DNA of 64,000 nucleotides from Scyliorhinus canicula. Taxonomy: Eukaryota. A model generated the notes under the pieces. The model saw only the letters and a list, made by a program, of their open reading frames with translations, did no database searches and was not told the origin of the DNA. The stretch lies in NCBI RefSeq assembly GCF_902713615.1, contig NC_052146.1, forward strand, positions 87,587,626 through 87,651,625, read 5' to 3'. The position numbers were made by a program, and so were the translations under genes. Shown in pieces: positions 19,660-32,900 of this stretch (its first letter is position 1; each line of letters begins with the position of its first letter).

Positions 19660-22600
19660 GTAGGTGAATCTCCGTCAACTATTGGCCATTCAGAACCTGG
19701 TTAATGTCGGAACTGAGGGGGTGGCAGGGCCTGTGCCGCACTGAAGACGTTTACATTTTGCTTGACCTGGAGAAGATGTTGTAGGGGTAGGGGTATTGGG
19801 TGGGGGGAGAAAGTGTTGGGGGATATGGTTGGAAGGAAGAGAGTGTTGGGGATATGCGGGGAGGAGGAAGAGAGTGTTGGGTAATATGGGGGGGGGGGGG
19901 GGTGTGTGTGGAGGAGGAAGTGAGTGTTGATGAAAATATCACTTATTGTTGCAAATAGGCTTCGATGAAGTTACTGTGAAAAGCCCCTAGTCGCCACATT
20001 CCGATACCTGTTCAGGGATGCCAGTACAGGAATTGAACCCGCGCTGCTGCCTTGTTCTGCATTACAAGCCAGCTGTTTAGCCTGTTGTGCTAAACCAGCC
20101 CCTGCAGTATTGGGGGATAGCACAGTAGTTAGCACTGTTGCTTCAGGATCCCAGGTTCAATTCCCGGCTTGGGTCAATATCTGTGCGGAGTCTGCACGTT
20201 CTCCCTGTGAGTGCGTGGGTTTCCTCCCAAGGTGGGGGGGGGGGGGGGGGTGGGTGTTGGTGGGGGGGGGGGGGGTGGTGTGTTGGAGGGGGGTGGGATG
20301 TTGGTGGGGGGGAGGGGGGGGTGGGTGTTGGTGGGGGGGAGGGGGAGGTGGGTGTCGGTGGGGGGGGAGGGGGGGGTGGGGTGTCGGTGGGGGGGGGAGG
20401 AGGAGGTGGGTGTCGGTGGGGGGGGGAGGAGGAGGTGGGTGTCGGTGGGGGGGAGGGGAGGTGGGTGTCGGGGTGGGGGGGAGGAGGAGGTGGGTGTCGG
20501 TGGGGGGGGGAGGAGGAGGTGGGTGTCGGTGGGGGGGGGAGGAGGAGGAGGGGGTGTCGGTGGGGGGGGGAGGAGGAGGTGGGTGTCGGTGGGGGGGGGG
20601 AGAGGAGGTGGGTGGTGGGGGGGGGAGAGGAGGAGGAGGTGGGTGGTGGGGGGGTGGGAGAGAGGAGGAGGGGGTGGTGGGGGGGTGGGAGAGAGGAGGA
20701 GGTGGGTGTTGGGGGGGGGAGGAGGAGGTGGTGTTTGGGGGGGGAGGAGGAGGAGGTGTTGGGGGGGAGGAGGAGGGGGTGTGGGGGGAGGAGGAGGTGG
20801 GTGTGGGGGGGGGGAGGAGGGGTGGGGGAGGGGTGGTGGGGGGGGGAGGAGGTGGGTGTGGTGGGGGAGGGGGAGGGGAGGTGGGTGTCGGTGGGGGGGG
20901 GGAGGAGGAGGTGGGTGTGTGGGGGGGGGAGGAGGGGGTGTGGTGGTGGGGGGAGGAGGAGGTGGGTGTTGGTGGGGGGGGGGAGGAGGTGGGGGTGGGG
21001 GGGGAGGAGGTGGGTGTGGGGGGGGAGGAGGAGGAGGGGGTGGTGGGGGGGGAGGAGGAGGTGGGTGTGGGGGGGGGGAGAGGAGGAGGTGGGTGGGGGG
21101 GGGAGAGGAGGAGGTGGGTGTTGGGGGGGGAGGAGGAGGTGGGTGTTGGGGGGGGGAGGAGGTGGGTGTTGGGGGGGAGGAGGTGGGTGGGGGGGAGGGG
21201 TTGGTGGGGGNNNNNNNNNNNNNNNNNNNNNNNNNNNNNNNNNNNNNNNNNNNNNNNNNNNNNNNNNNNNNNNNNNNNNNNNNNNNNNNNNNNNNNNNNN
21301 NNNNNNNNNNNNNNNNNNNNNNNNNNNNNNNNNNNNNNNNNNNNNNNNNNNNNNNNNNNNNNNNNNNNNNNNNNNNNNNNNNNNNNNNNNNNNNNNNNNN
21401 NNNNNNNNNNNNNNNNNNNNNNNNNNNNNNNNNNNNNNNNNNNNNNNNNNNNNNNNNNNNNNNNNNNNNNNNNNNNNNNNNNNNNNNNNNNNNNNNNNNN
21501 NNNNNNNNNNNNNNNNNNNNNNNNNNNNNNNNNNNNNNNNNNNNNNNNNNNNNNNNNNNNNNNNNNNNNNNNNNNNNNNNNNNNNNNNNNNNNNNNNNNN
21601 NNNNNNNNNNNNNNNNNNNNNNNNNNNNNNNNNNNNNNNNNNNNNNNNNNNNNNNNNNNNNNNNNNNNNNNNNNNNNNNNNNNNNNNNNNNNNNNNNNNN
21701 NNNNNNNNNNATAATGTCAGTGCTCCAGATTGGCAACTGGCATTTCACACCACCCACAGACTGGAATTCCCAATCTTGTGTCAACTACCCAAAGAAAATT
21801 GATGCTATAGCTGCAGCAGATGTATCTGGTGGCAGAAATTCTAGTCTAATATGTCAACAAATGCTGTAAAATACAAACATTGGTGGCAAATGAACAGGAG
21901 TCTAATAGTCTTGCAGACCTCTTAAACTTCCTCTCTCAGACACCCCAGAGACTTGAATTTAAAAAGCTGTTCAGTGTGTTACATAACTCGAGCATTCTGA
22001 GGATCTTGATTTGCATTGCAATGCCTTCAAAGCCCTGACACGATAATCTTTGTGATTTTATTGCCAGAGGTATCTGGTGTGTAAAGATCAAGCAATAGTG
22101 AACAAGAAAGAACATAGGAATTAGGAGCAGAAATAGGCAATTCAGCCTTTCGAGCCTGTTCGCCATTCAATCAGATCATGCCTGATCTCTTCTTGGTCTC
22201 AAATCCATGTCCCTACCTGTTCCCCATATCCCTTTAACTGGTTTTTTAAAATCATAAATATATCTATCTCCTTTTTGAAACCATTTAATGATTCAGTCTC
22301 CACCGCACTATCGGGCAGCGTGTTCCACAAATTCACCACCCTCTGCCAGAAGTAGTTTCTCCTCATCTCAGTTCTAAATCTACCACCTCTCAACCTATAT
22401 CTGTGACCCCTCGTTCTAGATTGTCCCACAAGGGGGAATATTTGGTCTACGTTTATCTTTATCGATTTCTTTTAGTATTTTAAATACCTCGATCAGATCC
22501 CCTCTCATTCTTCTAAACTCCAGCGAGTAGAAGCCCAAACTGTTAATCTCTTCTCTTGTCAACCCTTTCATCCCCGGAATCAATCTGGTGAATCTCCTCT

Positions 22601-25600
22601 GAACTGCTACCAATGCTACCACATCCCTCCTCAAATAAGGAGACCAAAACTGGACACAATACTGCATATGTGGTGTCACCAACACCCTATACAATTGCAA
22701 CAACACTTCTTTTATACTCTAGTCCTTTTTGCGATAAACGCTAAAATTCCATTTGCCTTGTTTATTACATCCTGTGCTTGCATGCTGATGTTCTGCGATT
22801 CATGAATAAAAACACCCAGATCTCTCTGCCCAGACGCATTTGGAATCTGCTTTCCATGTAGATAATCAGAACTATACTATTTTTTCGGCCAAAATGGACA
22901 ACCAAAGTGGGTGACCTCACAAGGAATTTGATTAAATAGATAAAAGCAAATTACTGCGGATGCTGGAATCTGAAACAAGAACAGAAAATGCGGGACAATC
23001 TCAACAGATCTGACAGCATCTGTGGAGAGAGAACAGAGCTAACTTTACTAACATAATTAAATAGTCCCAAATCAACTTCTATAACTATGAGTAATGATGT
23101 TACTCAGAACACAATTTAAATGAATAGGCATGATTTCTCTTTCTGACAGATATCCACTGTGAACTGACAGCTGAATCTCAGTCTTTGAATAAGTTTATAC
23201 CTGCAACAAAATTGAGAAATACTGGAAGCACAGAACAGATCAAACCAGTATCTGTGGCAGACAAGTTAATGTTTCAGGTGTAAGCTCTGTGCTAGAACAT
23301 TGAGTTCCATAATCTACATGTTGTTTTGCCTGCCTTGAGGGAGAGCATCATTTGACCTTGCCAAGTGACCAGAATTCAGTATTTTCTCTAGTTCTTTGTC
23401 CATGGTTCTGGATGTACTTGTATGATATAAAATATAATACCAAACATAATTCTAACCCAAGTTTCATATTTTTGTTTTGTCTATTTTCTTTTAGGGCATG
23501 ACATGTTGTCTCTGCTCTATAATTTCATGAACGAATGGCTCTATCAATTCAGCGCAGAAATGTTTTTCATTCCAAGGGTCAGTGAATTGTTTAAAAATGG
23601 AAATAAGAAAGATGTGAATTGACATTAGAATTGAACAAATTTTTTTTTAAAAATTATTTTTATTAAGATTTTCAAAAACATATCAAAAACATAAAATAAC
23701 AGCAAGAAAACCGTATTAACAACACCAAAAAGAAATAACACAATAACCCCCAAAACCAACCCCGCCCCCCCCAGTAACTACAAAAGAAGAAATAGATAAG
23801 CACCCGGCATATTCAATAAACACATATACACATTCCCCCCCCCACTCCCTTTTCCAATTTGATGAACCCCGCCATATCATTGATCCAGGCCTCCACGCTT
23901 GGGGGCCTCACATCCTTCCATTGAAGAAAAATCCTCCGCCGGGCTACTAGGGACGCCCTCCACGGATCCACCCCTCCCATCTGGTCCATAAACCCCCTCA
24001 ACATCTTAGCCGCCGCGGGCCTCCTGCCCGTTCTGGACATGGATCAATCCAATGGGGGATCCAGCACCGTGTTAAAGTCCCCCCCCCCACCCCCCCCCCC
24101 CCCAGTATCAAGACCCCCGTCTCTAGATCCGGAATGCGGCCCAACATGCGCCGCATAAAACCCGCATCGTCCCAATTTGGGGCATAGACATTCACCAGCT
24201 CCACCCGCTCCCCTTGCAACTTGCCGCTCACCATCACATACCTCCCTCCACTGTCAGCCACCACCTTTGATGCCTCAAACGACACCCTTTTTCCCACCAG
24301 AATCGGCACCCCCTGATTTTTTGCATCCAGCCCCGAATGAAACACCTGGCGTACCCAGCCCTTCCTCAGTCTAACCTGGTCCGCCACCTTCGGGTGCGTC
24401 TCCTGGAGCATATCCACGTCCGCCTTCGGGTGCGTAAACACCCGAGCACGTTTAACCGGCCCATTTAGCCCCCTCACATTCCAAGTTATCAGCCGGATAA
24501 GAAGGCTCTCTGCCTCCCTCCCCTGCTGACTAGCCATAACCCGTCCCCTGCCCGGCTAGCGTCCCTTGCTCGGCCCGTTCCCCACAGCGGCAAACACCCA
24601 CACCAGCCCCCCCCCTGCAGACTCCAGCTCCTTCCTGGCCATTTCAGCAGCAACCCGGTACCCCCCCCCCCCCTTCCAGGCTAGGACCTCTCCCAGCCGC
24701 GTAACTCCCACCATAGCACTCCCATGAGCCAGATAACTTCTGCTGACCCCTGCAGCTCCTGCCACCCCTCCGACCCCTCCCAACATGGGGCTGCTCCTCC
24801 TCCCCCAGACCCATCAGCAGATCCTCCTCTTCCTCCCCCTCCCGCTCTTGCGCGGGAAAAAAGCCCGCACTTCTCAGCTCAGACCCCGCCCCCATCCACC
24901 CTCAGCGCGGGAAACAGAAGAAAAGCCCGCGCTTTCCCTCTGCCCGGCCCCGGGAAAAAAGACAGCACCCCACCCACCCTAGAAACAACACACAACCAGC
25001 TTGAAACAGCATGAAACAGCATAAAACAGAGACCCTTCCCACCAAAAGTTAACACAGTTCTTTACAAATCCCCGACCCTCAGTCAGAGTCCAACTTCACG
25101 GCCTGCAAAAAGGCCAACGCCTCCTCCGGGGACTCAAAATAAAAGTGCCGGTCCTTGTAGGTGACCCACAGACGTGCCGGCTGTAACATGCCAAACTTCA
25201 CACTCTTTCTGTGGAGCACCGCCTTCGTCCGGTTGTACCCGGCCCTCCGCTTGGCCACCTCCGCACTCCAGTCCTGGTAGATCCGCACTACGGTGTTCTC
25301 CCACTTGCTGCTCCACTCCTTCTTGGCCCACTTAAACACGCACTCTCGGTCAATGAACCGGTGGAACCGCACCAGCACCGCCCGTCGGTTTGGGCCTCCT
25401 GGCCAGTATTCTGTGGGCCCACTCCAGCTCCAGGGGCCCCTGGAAGGACCCAGCTCCCATCAGCGAGTTCAACAAAACGACCACATAGACCCCCAGGTCT
25501 GACCCTTCCAGCCCCTCCATGAGGCCCAGGTTCCGCAAATTCTTCCGCCTTGACCGGTTCTCCATCTCCTCGAACCGCTCCTGCCACTTCTTGTGGAGCG

Positions 25601-28600
25601 CCTCGTGCATCTCCACCTTTACCGCGAGGGCTGCGGCCTCATCCTCTCTTTCAGAGGCTTGTTGTCGGAACTCCCGGATCTCCACCCCCTGGGCTGTCTG
25701 CGTCGCCAGCAGCTTGTCCATATTAGCCTTCAGCGAGGCGAGTCCAGCAGCTCCACTTTGAGCTCCTGAAAACAGCGCTGGAGAGTCTCCTGCTGCACCT
25801 GCGCCCACTGCCTCCATTCCTCGAGGCCTCCACCGGCCGGCATCTTGATTCTCTTCCCCCGCTTTTCTTAGGCGCTGCCACCGCTATTCTGCTGGCCCCG
25901 CTCCTGGTCCAGACCATAGACCACTGGGGATCTGCTGCAGACACCTTACCATGTTGGGAACCGTCGAGCAAGTACCGTTGGGGGCCCTTAAAAGAGCCCA
26001 AAAGTCCGTTCCTGGCGGGAGCTGCCGAACGTGCGGCTTAGGTCCACATAGCCGCAACCGGAAGTCCAGAATTGAACAAATAAAGCACTGTTTATACAGC
26101 GGGTAGGAATTATTTGGAAAGTACCTGTGAAGGGTGCTGGAAAAGAAATGCATTACTACAAATTTGTATATCCTGCTTGTTTTAAACATGCCTGAAAGGG
26201 TTCCAATAGAGGCTGATGAAATTATATTATGTCAAGTCGAGCTTAGGTTTTACATGTAATGGTGCCAGCAGGCTTGGCCGCTATGTCTCATGCTGCTGAT
26301 GACATGTTTACAATAGCTAGAGATTGTGTTCCAGAGGGCGTGATGATAATCTAGTGCCTCCACGAAGATTACCAATATAATAACATGCTTTCCAAGGAAA
26401 CTGATCTTGCTCATCCAATAGTTCAGCTATTGAAGAGGATGCTTAAATAAATTAAAAGTACACAAATGGATGTTAAGTGAGGATGAAACTAGGCTCAGGG
26501 AGGTGCCCTGCTGTTAATGATTAAGGCTAATTTTAAATACACCCCCCCCCCACGCATACACACACACACACGCGTAGATTGGATTTTTCATTCAGTTTTA
26601 CATCAGTTCAGTTTTGATTTTGTTGGAGAGTAAAATCAGACAGGGTCTAAAATGGGTGTCTGTTTATCATCCCATCATGTGGGTTTGGTTGAAACTACCC
26701 CTTAACTTCCTGCATTCACATAAAAAATAGATACTTGGTACTGTAAGATACCTTAGCAATGAGAGCGTGTTCTTGATTGCCCTTGAGAAGATGGTAATGA
26801 GTTGCCTTCTTGAACTGCTGCGGTTCATATAGTGTAAATACACCCACTGTGCAGTGAGGGAGGGAGTTCCAGGATTTTGACCCAGCGACAGTGGGGATAT
26901 ATTTCCAAATCAGGATGGTGAGTGACGTGTAGGACAACTTCCAGGTGATGTTCCCAAGTGTCTGCTGCCCTTATCCTTCTTTATGGTAGCAGTCATGGGT
27001 TTGGAAGGTGCTGCCTAAGGATGCTCAAGTGAGCTCATGCAGTGCATCTTGTAGGTGGTGTACACAGGTTTTGCGGAGTCAGGAGGTGAGTTACTCGCCA
27101 CAGAATTTCTAGCCTCTGATCTTCTTTTGTAGCCACAGGATTTATATGGCTAGTCTAGTTCAGTTTCTGGTCAATGATAACCCCAGGATGTTGAGCGTGG
27201 GCGATTCAGTGATGCCATTGAATGTCAAGAGGCTATGGTTAGATCCTCTCTTGTTGGAGGTGGTCATTTCCCGGTATATTTATGGTGCAAATGTTATTTG
27301 CAACATCAGCCCGAGTCTAGATATTATCCAAATCTTGCTGCATTTGGGCCGGGACTGCTTCAGTATCTGAGGAGTTGCAAATGTTGCTGAATGTTGTGTA
27401 ATCATCAACGAACGTCCCCAGTTCTGACCTTATGATGGATGGAAGGTGATTGATGAACAGCTGAAGAAGGTTGGGCCTAGGATGCTAACCCTTGTAAAAG
27501 TAAATTTAGATTGCCCAATTCGTTTTTTCCATTTAAGGGGTAATTTAGCGTGGCCAATCGACAAACCTGCACATCTTTTGGTTGTGGGGGCAAAACCCAT
27601 GCAAACACTGGGAGAATGCAAACTCCACACGGACAGCGACCCAGAGCCGGGTTGGAACCTGGGACCTCGGCGCCATGAGGCAGCAGTGCTAATCATTACT
27701 CCACCGTGCTGCCCTGCCTAGGACGCTAACCCGAGGAACTCCTGCAGTGACATCCTGGAATTGATGATTGACCTCAAACCACAACCATCCTTTGTGCCAG
27801 GTATGACTCCCAACCAACAGAATTTTCCCATTGATTCCAGTTTTGCTAGGGATTCTTGATGCCACACTTGATCAAATGCGGTCTTGATATTAAGGGCAGT
27901 CACTTTCACCTTACCTCTGGAGTTTAGCTCTTTTGTCCATGTTTGAACCAAAGCTGTGAGGTCAGGAGCTGAGGGACCTTGACTTAACCCAAACTGAGCA
28001 TCTGAGCAGGTTATTGCTGAGGAAGTGATGCTTGATGGCACCGTTTTTTTTTGATAAACCATTTTAATGAGGTATTTTTTGGCATTGTAAAACAGTAAAA
28101 TTACAGAACGTGAAAACAAAAGGATTGTACAATAAACAAAGTACACAGTGCAATTGCCCTAACCTGTCCTACTCAGATCTGACTAATTGACCCCCAATAC
28201 TACATTCCCCTAACCCCCGCCCCCTTGTTGACGATTAATTCTCTGCAAAGAAGTCAATTAATGGTTGCCACCTCCGGGCGAACCCTAACACCGACCCTCT
28301 CAAGGCTAACTTGATTTTCTCCAAGCCCAGGAAACCCGCCATGTCTGACAGCCAGGCTTTCGACTTCGGGGGCTTTGACTCCCTCCAAGCTAGAAGTATC
28401 CGTCTCCGGGCTACCAGGGAAGCAAAGGCCAAAACGTCGGCCTCTTTCTCCCCCTGGACGTCCAGGGCCTCTAAAACCCCAAAAATCGCCACCTCCGTAC
28501 CCATTGCCACCCTTATGTTCAATACTCTAGGCATGACGTCCTCGAACCCCTGCCAGTAGTTCCTAAGTTTTGGACACGCCCAAAACATGTGGACATGGTC

Positions 28601-29935
28601 TGCCGGTCCTCCCAGACACTTTACACACCTGTCCTCTACACCGAAGAATCTGCTCATCCGGGACACTGTCATGTGGGCCCAGTGGACGACCTTAAATTGA
28701 ATCAGGCTGAGCCTGGCACATGTTGCACTCCCATTAACCCTGCTCAGCGCGTCCGCCCACAGGCTCTCCCCAATCTCCCCTCACAACTCCTCCTCCCATT
28801 TATGCCTCAGTTCCTCAGTCTGCGTCTCCTCCGCCCCTATGAGCTCCTTGTAAATATCCGAGACACTTCACTCCCCCACCCATCCTCTGGACACTACCCT
28901 ATCTTGGATCCCCCTTAGTGGCAAGAGTGGAAAAGATGGCACCTGCCTGCACAAAAAGTCCCGCACCTGAATATACCGGAATTCATTCCCCTTCGTCAAA
29001 CCAAACTTGTCCTCCAGTGCCCTCAAGCCAGGGAAGCTCCCTTCCAAGAACAAATCTCCCATCCGCTCAATCCCCGCCCTCCGCTATACCCGATACCCCC
29101 CCCCCCCCCCCCGTCCATCCTCCCCGGAGCAAACCGATGGTTGTCACATATTGGGGACCAGACTGATGCTCCCACATGCCTCCTCCACTGTCCCCAGATC
29201 CGAAGGGCCGCCACCACTACAGGACTGATGGAAAAGCGCGCCGGCGGGAACGGCAGAGGCGCCGTCACCAACGCCCCCAGACTAGTGCCCCTACACGAGG
29301 CGGCCTCCATCCACTCCCCAGTCGACCCCCCCCCCCCCCCCCGCCAACCACTTCCTTATCATGGCTATGTTAGCCGCCCAATAATAGTTGCTGAAATTCG
29401 GCAGTGGAAGCCCCTGCTTCCACCGGTTCCACTCGAGCATCACCCTCTTTACTCACGGGGACTTGCCCGTCAATACAAAGCCCAAAATGATCTTGCTTAT
29501 CCTCTTAAAAAAGGAACGTGGAATGATAATGGGGAGACACTGGAACACGAATAGGAACCTCGGGAGGACTATCATTTTAACTGTCTGAACTCTCCCAGCT
29601 AACGACAACGGGAATGGATCCCACCACCGGAACTCCCCTCGCATTTTATCTACCAGCCGGGACAGGTTCAGCTTGTGTAGTCGACCCCATTCCCGCGTCA
29701 CTTGTATTCCCAGGTACCTGAAACTGTCCCCCACTAGCCGGAACACAGCTCCCTCAACCGGTCCCCTTGGCCCCTCTCCTGGACTACAAACATTTCATTT
29801 TTTGTCATATTCAATTTATACCCCGAAAACCGGCCGAATTCCCCCAAGGTCGCCATGATTCCGTCCATCCCCGCCATCGGGTCTGAAACGTACAAAAGCA
29901 GGTCATCTGCATACAATGAAACCCTATGCTCCATC

Positions 29936-29978
<43 letters not shown>

Positions 29979-32900
29979 CCCGAACCAGCCCCTTCCAACC
30001 CTCTGAAGCCCTCAGAGCAATTGCCAGCAGCTCTATAGCTAGCGCAAACAGCAGCGGGGAAAGGCGGTACAGTCTGAAATGAGGAAACCCACCCCAAATC
30101 CAAACTGTTCCAGCACCTCCCATAAGTAGTCCCACTCTACCCGGTCAAATGCCTTCTCCGCATCCATAGCCACCACTACCTCCACCTCCTTTCCCTCCGG
30201 GGGCATCATGATCACATTGAGCCATTTTCTTTTATTCGCCCCCAGTTGCCTACCTTTAACGAACCCTGTTTGGTCCTCCCTAATAACACTCTACGCACAA
30301 TCCTCAATCCTAGTGACAAAAGCTTTGCCAGCAGTTTGGCATCCACGTTAAGAAGGGAGATCGGCCTATAAGACCCACACAACCCCGGATTCTTGTCCCG
30401 TTTTAAAATCAAAGAGATGGTAGCCTGCGACATCATCTGGGGAAGCACCCCTCTGTCCCTTGCCTCATTGAAAACCTTGACCAGCAGCGGCCCCAATATC
30501 CCGGAGAACCTGACTGCATAGCCTTTAAGCCCTCTATAATCTCAACTCTGATCGGGGCGCTCAGCCCTTCTACTAGCTCCCTGCCCACTCTTGGGAATGT
30601 CAGGCCGTCTAAGAAGCGTCTCATCCTCTCCAGCCCCGCGGGGGGACTCCAAGCTATAAAGTTTGCAATAAAAGTCCTTGAAAGCTCTGTTCACACCCGC
30701 CGCATCCCCAACCAAGTTACCGCCTCCATCCACCACTTTACCTATTGCCCTAGCCGCCTCCCTCTTTCTGAGCTGATGAGCCAGCATCCTGCTGGCTTTC
30801 TGTCCATGCTCATATAACGCACTCCTCGCCTTTCTGAGCTGCTCTACTGCCTTGCCCTTGGTCAACACCCCAAACTCTGCCTGCAGCCTCCTCCGTTCCC
30901 TCAAGAGCTCCGCACTCGGGGTTCCCACATCCTCCTGTCAATCTGCAGAATCTCTGCTAACAGTCGGTCCGTTTCTGCCCTGTCTGTCTTTTCCCTGTGA
31001 GCCCGGATTTAAATCAGCTCCCCTCTCACCACTGCCACCACCTCAAACTGCACCCGTTTGTTCACCAGAATCGCGACTCCCCTGGTCTTAGCGTCTAGCT
31101 GGAGTACTGAGTGGAGTACCTGATTAACCCAGCTCTTCCTCAACCTGATCTGGTCCACTTCCTTCAGGTGCGTCTCCTGCAACATTATCACGTCCGCCTT
31201 TAAAGCCCTAAGATGCACGAACACTTTAGCCCTGTTCACCGGCCCATTTAGCCCTCTAACATTCCACGTAACCAGCCTAGTTGGGTTGCACCATGCCCCA
31301 CCCCCCCCCCCCCTTTTCCGGTCAGCCATCCCCTTTCCTGGGCCTGCCCCCAGCCCGTGCCTCTGTAGCCCCGCCTCCTGGCAGTGCCCATCCCTGACCT
31401 CTTCTCCACTTCTAAAATCAAATCCCTCCCTCGTCAGCCAAGCACCCCCCCCCCCCCCCACCCCCCAGCAACAACACTCTGTAACCTAACCCCATCCCTA
31501 ATCTGATTGTATACACACCCCCCCCCCCCCCCCACTGCGCTCCCACAGACTAGCTCTCCCAGCTAGCCTAGTGGCCCACAGCTCCGGCGCCAGCACGTCT
31601 CCCACCTATTGTTGCCTACCTGCCCTCCCCCGCCCCTCAAAACCATTGCCCTCATCAACCCAGCCCCGACGGACGCCCCCTTTAAGAAACAGACGCCACC
31701 CAAAGTCAGCATAAAGAAAAACAAAGCCAAACTCTCGCCATAATACAAATCAAAGTAATACCTCTCAAATAAAATAGTCAAAAATCCCCTCACAACACAG
31801 AAAACCCACCGAAATCGAATAATTTTTTAACTACTTTCCCCTTATTAAACAAAACACAATTATCGAAGAGAAAAGCCAAGAACGAAAACAAACAAACGAA
31901 TAAATCAGTGCAAACAGCGTTTGAAACGAGCAGGAAAATCAGTTTCTCAAACTTAGAGCAGAATGTTCTCAAGTTGGCACCAGTCCTTTCTTCCTGGCAA
32001 ACTCCATAGCATCCTCGGCCGACTCAAGGTAGTGATGTTGGTCCTCATACGTAACCCAAAGTCGCGCCGGATACAACAGACCGAACTTAACCTGCTTCTT
32101 GAACAGGATCGACTTGACTTGATTAAAGCCTGCCCTCCTCTTGGCCACCTCCACGCTTAGATCTTGGTACACCCGCAAAATGCTGTTGTCCTATTTACAG
32201 CTCCATGTGCGTTTGGTCCATTGGAGAATACGCTCCTTATCCAGGTACCTATGGAACCTGACCACCATTGCCCAAGGGGGAGTCTCCCTGCTGCGGCTTC
32301 CTCGCCAGCGCTCTGTGCGCCCGATCCACCTCCAATGGTCCGGGGGAAAGCCCCATCTCCAAGCAGCTTCTGGAACATTTTCGCCACAAACTCCCTGGGA
32401 TCAGCCCCTCCGCCCCCTCCGGGAGGCCGACAATCCTTAGGTTCTGCCTATGGGACCTGTTCTCCAAATCCTCTTACCTGTTCCAGCAGTCATTTTTGCT
32501 GGTCCCTCAGCATCCCCACCTCCATTTCCACCGCCATCTGGTGTTACTCTTGTTCTGCTAGCGCCTTCTCCGGTTTCTGGATCGCCCTGTCCTGGGCATC
32601 TAGCATCCGCTCCATCCTCTCCACTGTTTCCTTAAATCGGGTCCAGACATTCCCGATTCTGTCTAGCGAAGCCTTCCCGGATAACCTGCATCAGCTCCTC
32701 CGTTGGTGGTTGAGTCGAAGCCCCAAGGGTCTGGACACCGGCCATCTTGTCCGCTGCTGCAGCCAACACCCAGCTTGACCCTGACTTTTTGTTTCTTCCC
32801 TTTCGATCTCTTTGGGTTCTCTGTTCCATAAACCAATATATACACTGAACACTTGTTCACCGTTTCTTCAAATCCAGTGCGTAAAAGAGCAAACAAAGTC

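Noticed and set aside
20110-21869. Four 530-550 aa Gly/Pro-rich ORFs
   Set aside because: Artefacts of a stop-free G-rich repeat plus 500 N.
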